From positions 288,001 to 352,000 of the forward strand of contig CAVXYC010000001.1 in NCBI GenBank assembly GCA_963765765.1: a DNA stretch of 64,000 nucleotides, given 5' to 3'. This DNA is from an uncultured Chloroflexia bacterium. Its GTDB lineage: Bacteria > Chloroflexota > UBA6077 > JACCZL01. Shown piece after piece: positions 24,571-32,677 of the stretch (the stretch's first letter is position 1; each line of letters begins with the position of its first letter). The notes beneath the pieces are model-generated. The model ran no database searches and was not told where the DNA came from. It saw nothing but the letters and a program-made list of their open reading frames with translations. The position numbers were made by a program, and so were the translations under genes.

Positions 24571-24768
24571 TTACGATGGGTGGTCGATCGCCCACAGGGC
24601 AATCTGTACGCGGGTGATAAGTCCCAACGCCCGGAACAGGCCCACTATTTGGTCGGACACGGCTTCGGGCGTTAACGCGAGCCGCGCGGCAATCTCACGG
24701 TTCGAGAGGCCCTCGGCCACGAGCGCGGCAACGTCCGCCTGGAAAGTGTAAGCATTCATCGACACCAT
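24571..24768 (-). CDS. Stand-alone LuxR HTH protein (module 2)
   Basis: QADVAALVAEGLSNREIAARLALTPEAVSDQIVGLFRALGLITRVQIALWA. Confidence 0.82.
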   Translation of the reverse strand: MVSMNAYTFQADVAALVAEGLSNREIAARLALTPEAVSDQIVGLFRALGLITRVQIALWAIDHPS

Positions 24769-24780
24769 CAGACGGCAGGT

Positions 24781-25074
24781 TCAATAGATGTAGGCAGATT
24801 GTGTTGCGGCAGCGTGGCGCTCGTTCCGGCCAAGTCGCAGAAGCTGCCGAGCATGCGTTCCAACAGCTTGCAGCCATCTCTCACCGGTCGGATGCGGCCG
24901 GTTCTTACGATCCCACTCGCGGATGTGCTCAATATCGGCGAGGACGATTCGCGCCATGAGCTCCGCTTCTATAACATGTCCGCCCTCGAGCGTCACAGGC
25001 AGCCCCCGCAAGCCTCCGCGCTGTAATCGGGCTTGCAGCTTCATCGCGAGCGCGTCTAATTCCGGGCAATTCAT
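24781..25074 (-). CDS. Protein X family member (copy C)
   Basis: MNCPELDALAMKLQARLQRGGLRGLPVTLEGGHVIEAELMARIVLADIEHIREWD. Confidence 0.82.
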   Translation of the reverse strand: MNCPELDALAMKLQARLQRGGLRGLPVTLEGGHVIEAELMARIVLADIEHIREWDRKNRPHPTGERWLQAVGTHARQLLRLGRNERHAAATQSAYIY

Positions 25075-25112
25075 TGCCAACTCCACGTGGGTGCGTCGGC
25101 CTGGTTTGACTC

Positions 25113-25200
25113 CTACGTTGCGGTGTGCTCCGTCTGCAGGCCGCGATCAAATGTATCCAATGCTCTTCGACCTGCAGCGACAGTCTGCGAGTCGGAGCAC
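25113..25200 (-). ncRNA. Candidate structured 5' leader (module 2)
   Basis: Outer stem GUGCUCCG/CGGAGCAC, bulge ACUCGCAGACUG, inner stem CUGCAGGUCG/CGGCCUGCAG, tail ACCGCAACGUAG. Confidence 0.5.
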
Positions 25201-25764
25201 CACTGGAATACAAATCGCAGGTTACCAAGCGAGCCGGCCGCGCGGAACATGCAGTTGTGCACTAATTCGGGCGCCCAAAGACACAAGAGACCGCCAGCAC
25301 GATGAAACCCGGCTCTCTCAGTGCTGGCGGTCTACCGTCCGAGCGCATTCTAACGGTGCACGTTCCAGAAATCGGTTAACGGCTTGACAGTCTAGATGGG
25401 GCCACATCACCGTAGCAGTGTGCCGTTGTATACATAGGGGGCTGCCGAGCCATTGCTATGCTGAGATGCCCGTGTGAGCCTCGCGGAGTCCGGGCATGCA
25501 TGGTTCCGATTCAGGTCCCATGCACTCTCCATGAGCGAACTCCGGGAGGCTCAACCAGAGAACACCGTCGCGGGGCTCGTCGGCACCACGTTGGCGGAGT
25601 GGATGTCGACTCCTACCTGAGCCGATTCCGCGAATGATCACGGCTCGGGACAGCTCTGTGCTCCTCGACGTGGTCACAAATCGCCTGCGCACGCCGAGGC
25701 ATCGGAGCGCTGCCTACGCCACTGTTCAGAAGTAGGGGGAGAGCCAGGCGATGTTCGATGTTCT

Positions 25765-25888
25765 TCGTAGCACGGGGGCTTGTCCTGTCCTGAGTTGCCC
25801 CGGCATCCGACGACGGATCCAGCCTGATTCTCCCCGTGGCCGGCGCCTATGGCGCTCCAGGCACAAGGGACAAGCCCCCGTGCTACGA
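25765..25888. repeat. REP doublet (GTAG type)
   Basis: Perfect 21-bp inverted repeat tcgtagcacgggggcttgtcc (25765-25785) / 25868-25888. Confidence 0.8.
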
Positions 25889-26078
25889 CAGTCGTCCGGC
25901 GGATCGTCCCCGCAACTCTGAACACGTCCATCTGGTCGAGAAGCTTCCAACAAACGTCCGACTTCCCTCTAACTGATCTCTGATGCGAGCGTCGGTATGC
26001 TCTGGTCGAGGCCGTTTCGGATCCTCCCAGCGATCCGAAAGGCTGTCGAATCCATTCTTTGCAGAGGAGGGATTGACC

Positions 26079-26294
26079 ATGCCCCAATCATGGTCACCGA
26101 CAGTCGGCGACGAAGTACGCGTGAAATCATTTGGAGAACGTGGGCCTATCGTGCGCATCGAAGGCTCCGGTGATTCGGCCGTGTACGCGGTGAACAGCCG
26201 CAGGTATCGCTTTGTTGACGCCGACGGTCAGATCAAGAACACCGCCCTGGAGCCGAGGGAGTGCTCCATCGCCGATCTCGAGCCAATCAGCTAG
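26079..26294 (+). CDS. Small SH3/KOW-like beta-barrel hypothetical protein
   Basis: RBS gaggagg; PTVGDEVRV..GPIVRIEG..YAV..DLEP pattern; own terminator follows. Confidence 0.7.
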   Translation: MPQSWSPTVGDEVRVKSFGERGPIVRIEGSGDSAVYAVNSRRYRFVDADGQIKNTALEPRECSIADLEPIS

Positions 26295-26301
26295 ATAAAG
26301 A

Positions 26302-26333
26302 CAGATAAGCCCCGTATTCCCGGGGCTTATCTG
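26302..26333 (+). terminator. 13-bp perfect hairpin
   Basis: cagataagccccg-tattcc-cggggcttatctg. Confidence 0.7.
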
Positions 26334-26398
26334 GTTCCACGGTGCCCCTGCTGCAGCGCAGGGACACGGTGTCGATCGCACCGCTAACCAAACTGCTC

Positions 26399-26620
26399 AT
26401 GTCACGAAGACGGACACGTGCTGCCGGTCCTGGACGGGCACAATCAACCACGGATATGGGTCTGGTATGAAGCACATCTTCGCGCATGTCACAGCCTGGT
26501 AAGAGAAGCACGGCCCGTCCCGCCCGGACATCGGCTGACAACGACGTGTCGCCCCCGCCACTGCATCAACCCTGATGACTGGGCCGCCGTGCGCAGAGGT
26601 GACTTCTTCCGATCAATGAA
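26399..26620 (+). pseudogene. HNH endonuclease remnant (phage HNH_3-like)
   Basis: CCRSWTGTINHGYG..AHVTAW*EKHGP/VPPGHRLTTTCRPRHCINPDDW; in-frame stop plus frameshift. Confidence 0.7.
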
Positions 26621-26806
26621 GCGCCCTGTTCATCGGTGTTGGTGTGATCGTTCGAGTCCATACGCATCTCTCGGGAGCATGGGACTAGACAGAGCTCGGC
26701 GACACGGGCCCAACGCATGGGTCAAGGCCTGATCGATGCGGCGGCTCCGCGCGGTATGGTCTCTGCAGGACAGCGGCATTCCTCATACACGACGCGAGGT
26801 GGTGCC

Positions 26807-27077
26807 ATGGAATGGTTGGAGGTGGACAGAGTCGCGGACCAGCTGCATCGCTTGCTCCATCGGGGAGCGTTTCGGGGACTCCCCGGAGGTGGCCGTGGAT
26901 GCGGTTCATATGATGGATGCGGAGCTGGTGGTTCGGATCACGCTGGCGGATATGGCGCACATCCGCGACTGGGATGTCGCGCATCCGCTTACGCCAATGC
27001 CCGATTCTCGCCGACGGGACTTGGCCGAGGCCGGCTATCGACTCCTGGGACTGGTGGAAGCGGTTCGGTCGCTCTGA
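26807..27077 (+). CDS. Protein X family member (copy D), one frameshift near 26885
   Basis: MEWLEVDRVADQLHRLLHRGAFRGLP/EVAVDAVHMMDAELVVRITLADMAHIRDWD. Confidence 0.78.
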
Positions 27078-27221
27078 CTGGTCCGGCCATCTGGTATCCT
27101 TCTGCACGGGCATGTTTCGCCGGCCCGCTCGTCGGGCTTGGCTTCGGGGCAACACCAGCCTCGGCAACACTTCTTTCGTCCTTGCTGACGAGACCTGCCC
27201 AGTACGCGGCAGGTAAGTGCC

Positions 27222-28022
27222 ATGCTCGGCAATTTCGACTTTCTCTCCTATTCGGACGACCGGTTGCTGGACGCGCTCGAGCGTCTGGTCGTTCTCCCAG
27301 GGTTGGAGCTGCGTCCCACGCTTGACGAGGCGTCGACGGTGGTGGCCGAGGCGGTGGACGCCGACAAGGTTGACGTCTTTTTGTACAAGGCGAATAAAGA
27401 CAGCCTGGTGGCGCTGGGCACCAGCGACACACCCATGGGACGCAAACAGCTCGCGCTCGGGCTGGACCGCTTCCCGCGCGCCAACGCCGGACCACTCTGG
27501 CGGGTGTTCGAGACGGGCGAGACGTATCGCACCGGCCACGCCGAGCAGGACCCGACCCAGCCCCGTGGGCTGATCGAGGCGCTCGGGGTGTGCAGCCAGG
27601 TGCATGTGGCCGTGGATGTGCGGGGCGAGCGGCGCGGTGTCCTGGGGGTCGTGAGCCAGCGCGAGGAGCACTTCAGCGAACGCGATCAGCGCTTTCTCAC
27701 TGCCGTGGCCGGCTGGATCGGGCTGCTCATGCACCGAGCCGAGGTGGTGGAGCAGCGCGACCGGGAGATCGACCGGCAGGCGCGGCGGGAGGCCGGCGAC
27801 GAGCTGGCCCGAATCACCCGCCGACAGCAGGAAGTCGCTGCGCTGGTGGCGGAGGGTCTGAGTAACGAGGAGATCGGCGTACGGCTCACGCTGGAGGCCG
27901 GCACGGTGGCCAATCACATGGAAAACATCCTGAAGCGGCTCGAGCTGCGGAATCGGACCAGCCTGGCGGTCTGGGCGGTGGAGCGCGGACTGTATCGGTC
28001 CGATTGGGGCGAGAACGGATGA
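27222..28022 (+). CDS. GAF plus LuxR-HTH transcriptional regulator
   Basis: ADKVDVFLY..SLVALGTSDTPMGR..FSERDQRFL; ITRRQQEVAALVAEGLSNEEIG..TVANH. Confidence 0.9.
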   Translation: MLGNFDFLSYSDDRLLDALERLVVLPGLELRPTLDEASTVVAEAVDADKVDVFLYKANKDSLVALGTSDTPMGRKQLALGLDRFPRANAGPLWRVFETGETYRTGHAEQDPTQPRGLIEALGVCSQVHVAVDVRGERRGVLGVVSQREEHFSERDQRFLTAVAGWIGLLMHRAEVVEQRDREIDRQARREAGDELARITRRQQEVAALVAEGLSNEEIGVRLTLEAGTVANHMENILKRLELRNRTSLAVWAVERGLYRSDWGENG

Positions 28023-28109
28023 GCGCGCCCGACGACGGAAGGGCAATTGGACGACTGGATCGTGAACGGCGCGATTGGCGCTTCGACCTCACGGCGGAAG
28101 GGGTAATAG

Positions 28110-28625
28110 TTACCGAGACCGATGACATCGCACCGGATTCCTGTCGCTCGGTCCTTGGTCAAACCGACTCCCACCGAGCCGCGCCCGGCAATCCGTTGCC
28201 CAGCCCGCTGCCTGTGCTGAAACCGTCCGAAGGCGCTCGGCGTCGAGCACGGCCTGATGTTCCGCCTCGAGTCGAAGCTGGGCATCGCGCTGACTCTGCG
28301 CGAGACGGAGCTCCAAGTGCTCCTGGAACTGCACACCGTAGGCGATCATGACTTCGAGCAGGAATTGCTGACCGCATCCCTCGAGGTGGGCACGCTCGCG
28401 GGCCGATTGGCCGGCGAGCGCCCGATCGAAGCTCTCGAAGTGGAGCGCGATGATGTCCTCGGGCCCGAGTCCTCCGCGGATCAGGTGCTGACTCAGCTGC
28501 GAGACCCGGTAGAGCGCATCCTCGCTGCGCGTGGCGATGTAGCCGCGCAGGAGGTCTTCGTACGCGTCGGGGCCGAACTCCGGCTCATCAGTAGCGAGCT
28601 GTGCGGCCTGGGAATCAAAAACCAT
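28110..28625 (-). CDS. RsbU N-terminal domain protein with no catalytic domain (stand-alone or truncated)
   Basis: YEDLLRGYI..SEDALY..LGPEDIIALH..FLLEVMIAYG resembles the B. subtilis RsbU N-terminus; coiled coil, then non-homologous tail. Confidence 0.8.
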   Translation of the reverse strand: MVFDSQAAQLATDEPEFGPDAYEDLLRGYIATRSEDALYRVSQLSQHLIRGGLGPEDIIALHFESFDRALAGQSARERAHLEGCGQQFLLEVMIAYGVQFQEHLELRLAQSQRDAQLRLEAEHQAVLDAERLRTVSAQAAGWATDCRARLGGSRFDQGPSDRNPVRCHRSR

Positions 28626-28806
28626 GGGAGGCTTGTTCAGTCGGACGGATGGACGGCGACGGCGCCAGGCGCGTGTCCAAGGCGGGACCGACGGATGCGC
28701 CATTGTCGCGGGCTCAGCTTTCGGCCGGGCAGATTCCTCGTGCGGAGCAGGCGCCGCACGGTCAGTCCGCTACCGAACACGGCGCGTCCGTCCGCTTCGA
28801 GCACGG

Positions 28807-28998
28807 TCAGCGGTGCGATCCATGCTCGATCGCCCACGGAGCAATCTGTAAGCGGGAGGTCACTCCCAGCGCCCGGAACAGGCTCGCTATCTCGTTGGAC
28901 ACGGCTTCGGGCGTTAACCCGAGTCGCTCGACAATCTCGCGGTTCGAGAAGCCCTCCGCCACGAGTGCGGCAACGTCCTTCTGGAGGGGTGTAACCAT
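28807..28998 (-). CDS. Stand-alone LuxR HTH protein (module 3)
   Basis: TPLQKDVAALVAEGFSNREIVERLGLTPEAVSNEIASLFRALGVTSRLQIAPWAIEHG. Confidence 0.82.
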   Translation of the reverse strand: MVTPLQKDVAALVAEGFSNREIVERLGLTPEAVSNEIASLFRALGVTSRLQIAPWAIEHGSHR

Positions 28999-29010
28999 TC
29001 ATCGACACTA

Positions 29011-29322
29011 TCAGACAGCAGGTTCAATGGATATCGGGTGAGATTGGGCCCTGGCACCGTCACACTCGTCCCGGTCCATTTGCAGGAGCTGCTGGGCATC
29101 CGTTTCGACAGCTCGCAGTCGTCTCTTCCCGGAGAGATGCGTCGGGCGCGTCGGGTACCACTCGCAGAGATCCTCGATGTCGGCGAGGACAAGCCGCGCC
29201 ACGAGCTCCGCTTCCATGACCTTCCCGCCGTCGAGCGTCACAGGCGACAGCCCGCGAAACGCTCCGCGCTGCAATCTGGCCTGCAGCTCCACAGCGAGCG
29301 CGTCCAATTCGGGGCAATCCAT
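29011..29322 (-). CDS. Protein X family member (copy E)
   Basis: MDCPELDALAVELQARLQRGAFRGLSPVTLDGGKVMEAELVARLVLADIEDLCEW; RBS ggaggt. Confidence 0.82.
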   Translation of the reverse strand: MDCPELDALAVELQARLQRGAFRGLSPVTLDGGKVMEAELVARLVLADIEDLCEWYPTRPTHLSGKRRLRAVETDAQQLLQMDRDECDGARAQSHPISIEPAV

Positions 29323-29376
29323 CGCCACCTCCACATGGGTGCGTCGGGCCCACAATCATGCCGCCTGCTTTCGATC

Positions 29377-29471
29377 CTACGTTGCGGTGTGCTCCGTGGT
29401 GGGTCGGCAGACCACGATTGAACGTATCCGATCGTCTTCGGCCCACCACGCCAGTCCGCGAGTCGGAGCAC
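29377..29471 (-). ncRNA. Candidate structured 5' leader (module 3)
   Basis: Outer stem GUGCUCCG/CGGAGCAC, bulge ACUCGCGGACUG, inner stem GUGGUGGG/CCCACCAC, tail ACCGCAACGUAG. Confidence 0.5.
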
Positions 29472-29543
29472 CACTGCCCAAGATATCAAGCGACCGGGGC
29501 GCGCGAACCCATAGATATGCACAAATTGGGGTACGGAAAGCGA

Positions 29544-29656
29544 CTTACGCAGTGTGGAAGGATTTCGGACAATCAGGTTACGAGGGACCTGATACGGCGT
29601 TCGAGGACGGCCATTTCATATCAGGGCACCCGACCGGGCAGCGAAATTGGTCTTGG
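29544..29656 (+). repeat. Diverged direct repeat of a regulatory-like element (copy 1; copy 2 at 31017-31130)
   Basis: gtggaaggatttcggacaatcaggttacga and agcgaaattggtcttgg, starts 86 nt apart. Confidence 0.75.
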
Positions 29657-30155
29657 TCAAGGCGGACCCGACTCCGTGCCTGGGCGGGGCGCTGGTGAGC
29701 AGGTAGAGCACTGCCGCGCCAAACGGCCGCCGCGTGCTCAGGATTAGCCGAAGGGAAAGCCGGAAAGGCGAAGTGAGGCACGCCCGCCCCGGCTTTCCCG
29801 AGCGCCGCTGGGGGGTGGGTCCACCTCCCACGGTACTTAGAGATTACCGAATGGGGACCGCCCCGGTGGGATTTATCGGGTCTCGGGTCCGTCACGACGC
29901 CCATACCGTGGACGCCTCGCAGACTTGGTTGCTCGAATCGCTTCTGGCGAACGGAAGCGGTCGCCTTGGACGCCGGTCCTGCCGCCGCCTGCGTCGGCAG
30001 TCAAGCGGCCCCGAGCACCACGGCGTGGATGCCGATGCCAGGGGCCGTCTAAGTTCGGCTGCGGAGCTCGGGGTTGACGTGGGCGGGCCGCCTGGTGACT
30101 GCCCGCTGCGTGATCGGAATCTCCGCCGCGGCACGTGGGAAATACGCGGGTAGGG

Positions 30156-30206
30156 GAAGGCCACACCGATCGCTCCTGAGGTTCAGGAGCGATCGGTGTG
30201 GCCTTC
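30156..30206 (-). terminator. Perfect 24-bp hairpin downstream of the secreted protein gene
   Basis: gaaggccacaccgatcgctcctga-ggt-tcaggagcgatcggtgtggccttc. Confidence 0.75.
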
Positions 30207-30234
30207 GGTACGGTCGTGGCGAATGCTGGAGGAC

Positions 30235-30741
30235 TTACGGGTCGAGGATTCCTACCAGCGCGCAGAGCAGGTTGCCCAGCAGGCTGCCCGGGCCCGCTAT
30301 CGCGTAGATGTCGATCTCGATCGGCCCAATATCAACCACCAGCCCCAGGAGGTTGAGGACGAGCCCGTCGTCCGGTATGAAGAGGCTGAGGATGGGACAC
30401 GACCCCTCCGGTGCTACGGTGGCTTCAACGTTGTTGAACTTCTCCGAGACTTTCTTTTCTTGCCCGTTCTGCTTCGCGGTACCCTCGACCTCGCCGCTGA
30501 TGAGCAGCTTATTGCTGCCCTTCTTCGCCTTGACGTCGGTGATCTCGATCTGGCCGTCGAAGGTGCCGACCTTCTTGCCGGACTTGTCCTTGAGGTCCGC
30601 CCCCTTCACGTCCTTCTTGATCGTCTTCTCCGCGGCCGGAGCGGCAGCATCGGCGGTTTGCGGTGGGAGTAGGAGTCCGGGGACTATGAGCGCGCCCACG
30701 AGGGCTGCAGTCAGAGAAAACATAGTCAGACGCAGTTTCAC
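30235..30741 (-). CDS. Secreted protein with Cys-bounded hydrophobic C-terminal domain (CPIL..LNLLGL..GPGSLLGNLLC)
   Basis: Signal peptide ending ADA; Lys-rich beta region; GC3-rich codon usage; RBS gaggt. Confidence 0.85.
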   Translation of the reverse strand: MKLRLTMFSLTAALVGALIVPGLLLPPQTADAAAPAAEKTIKKDVKGADLKDKSGKKVGTFDGQIEITDVKAKKGSNKLLISGEVEGTAKQNGQEKKVSEKFNNVEATVAPEGSCPILSLFIPDDGLVLNLLGLVVDIGPIEIDIYAIAGPGSLLGNLLCALVGILDP

Positions 30742-31016
30742 GTCACTACCTCACTTGGTCCATGAATCGAATGGTTATGAATCGAACGGAGATCCTGCTG
30801 AAGAGCAGACTCTACGAAGGCAAAGAATTCGATAGAGCCGCCGCACCGAGCGCAGGAAGCGCGAATGCGGTTGTAAGAGTGGCAACTAAGGCCAATGCTA
30901 TTAACCGTAAGCGAATTTACCGACCATCGTGAACTCTCCTCCTTGGGAATCGGATCTGGGACTCGATCTGTTCGTCCCATCAACATTCACGCTACGTGGC
31001 CCGATGCTGTCCAAAC

Positions 31017-31130
31017 CTTAAGAAGAGTGGAAGGCTTTCGGACAATTTGGTTACGAAAGGCTTAAGAGCGGGTCCAAGGAGATGGTTAAATGGACCTCAG
31101 GCTCTCCCCGACTAGCGACATTGGTCTTGG
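31017..31130 (+). promoter_or_regulatory. Second copy of the duplicated regulatory-like element, upstream of the OmpR regulator
   Basis: gtggaaggctttcggacaatttggttacga and agcgacattggtcttgg, starts 87 nt apart. Confidence 0.65.
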
Positions 31131-31317
31131 AGCAAGTCCAAGACGCAGCGTGGCATGAGGAATGCTTATTCGCTTCTTCACGAGCATGAGGTCATTCTTT
31201 AGCGGTCAAGGGCATCTCCAGGCTTCCCGAGCGTCAGTGTTGAATGCCGCTTCGGTGCAAAGCGTCGGCTACGGAGGCCGCAATCCGGCGACCTTGCTAC
31301 CGCGGGGAGGGCCAACG

Positions 31318-32481
31318 ATGACGGCCACGTCGGAGCTGCGTGCAACCATTCTCCTGGTGGAAGATGATCCGGCCCTCACGATGCTCTTAATCGATCGGCT
31401 CGGGGCCGAAGGGTACAGCGTTCACAAGGCCGCGAGTGCTGCACAAGCCGTAGAGCTCACTGCTCAGATTTCCCCCGACCTCATTCTCCTTGACCTCTCG
31501 CTCCCCGACCAACATGGGCTGGTCTTGTGTGCTGAGCTCAAGGAGAAACACGAGGCTCCGATCATCATTTGCAGTGGAACGAAACACGAGCATGAGGCGA
31601 TTCTCGCGTTGAAACTTGGAGCGGATGACTTCGTTGCCAAACCCTTCTCGGTCGATGAGCTGGCTGCCCGGATCGAAGTCGTCTTGCGTCGGACAAGGCC
31701 TCCCACCGGTCCGGAATTGGACGGTCTCGAGGACATTGAGCGCGTCGGCGAGCTCGTGATCGATCGGGCCGGATACGTGATCACTGTGTGCGACGAGCCG
31801 CTCAAGCTCACCCCGACGGAGTACCGGTTGCTGTGCACACTGGCTCACCGGCCCGACCAGGTGCTCTCCCGCCAGGAGCTGACCGAGGCACTCTGGGGTT
31901 ACTACGATGTAGGCGTGAGCCGGTCACTTGACGTGCACATCCGCCGCCTGCGTGCGAAGCTGAAGGCCTGCGCAGGGGACGCCCCGGACATTGTTACGGT
32001 GCGTGGGTTTGGCTTCAAAATCACCTGCAACCCTCAACGTCAAACGGAAAACGGTCGTTTTCAGGAGGCTCCGATCAGCCCGTGGGCGGCCGATAAAATC
32101 CGTTTAGGGGCCGGATGTGCCAATCTTGCCTCCTCTCCGCATAGCCCGGTGGTTGCTCTCAGGGTGCGGCAGAGCGTTCGCCGCGCCAGTCCTCCCGGCG
32201 TCGGACGGCTAACCCGATCGTGGAAACACGACGACGCTCCCGATGGCACCGACCGAGGCTGCTGGCACAGTCCTTTCCGGCGCGCACGCGCTATCGTCAC
32301 CGCATCGAGGGCGGCGATCAAAAAGCGGTTCCCCGGGTGCCAACGGCCAGAGCCGCTTTACTCAATCTCATTCGAATCCCATAACCCAGGAGTGGCGACA
32401 ATTGTTCGGGTCCGAACGGTCGCAGGGCTGGTGTGCATGAGATCCGTAACCGACGAGGAGCGACAAAAGTTTGATGAATGA
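31318..32481 (+). CDS. OmpR/PhoB-family response regulator (orphan); homology ends near 32030 and the ORF reads on
   Basis: ILLVEDD, LILLDLSLPD, GADDFVAKPFS; LTPTEYRLL, SLDVHIRRLRAKL, IVTVRGFGF. Confidence 0.9.
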   Translation: MTATSELRATILLVEDDPALTMLLIDRLGAEGYSVHKAASAAQAVELTAQISPDLILLDLSLPDQHGLVLCAELKEKHEAPIIICSGTKHEHEAILALKLGADDFVAKPFSVDELAARIEVVLRRTRPPTGPELDGLEDIERVGELVIDRAGYVITVCDEPLKLTPTEYRLLCTLAHRPDQVLSRQELTEALWGYYDVGVSRSLDVHIRRLRAKLKACAGDAPDIVTVRGFGFKITCNPQRQTENGRFQEAPISPWAADKIRLGAGCANLASSPHSPVVALRVRQSVRRASPPGVGRLTRSWKHDDAPDGTDRGCWHSPFRRARAIVTASRAAIKKRFPGCQRPEPLYSISFESHNPGVATIVRVRTVAGLVCMRSVTDEERQKFDE

Positions 32482-32677
32482 CTCCGTGTGGACAGAACCC
32501 GCGAGTGAGATCGATCCCGATGGGCGGATTCGAGCAGCGGTTCGCCGGCACCAGCTGACACCGGAGCAGGTGCCCGATTTCATCCACGCTTGCGCGGACC
32601 TGGACGACATCTCCTGCTCGCCTGAACAGCTCAGGGCCTACGTCATGACGCTCGTCGACCACCCGCCGTTGGACTGA
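32474..32677 (+). CDS. Small hypothetical protein
   Basis: RBS gaggag; GC3-rich codons; helical composition. Confidence 0.5.
   Translation: MNDSVWTEPASEIDPDGRIRAAVRRHQLTPEQVPDFIHACADLDDISCSPEQLRAYVMTLVDHPPLD

Noticed and set aside
29377-29471. Resemblance of the leader to a ZTP (pfl) riboswitch (GACUGGCG..GGUGGG..CCACC..GGAG)
   Set aside because: No downstream CGCCUGGG pseudoknot hairpin, and GGCG is not kept in the other two copies
23382-29500. CRISPR array, integron cassette array or DGR as explanation for the repeats
   Set aside because: No short regular repeat-spacer pattern, attC-type ends, integrase or reverse transcriptase, and no evident adenine-specific variation
32030-32481. Novel C-terminal domain on the OmpR regulator, or an IS630-like start (MRSVTDEERQK)
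   Set aside because: Extension has non-coding-like composition, probably a lost stop; no transposase sequence follows
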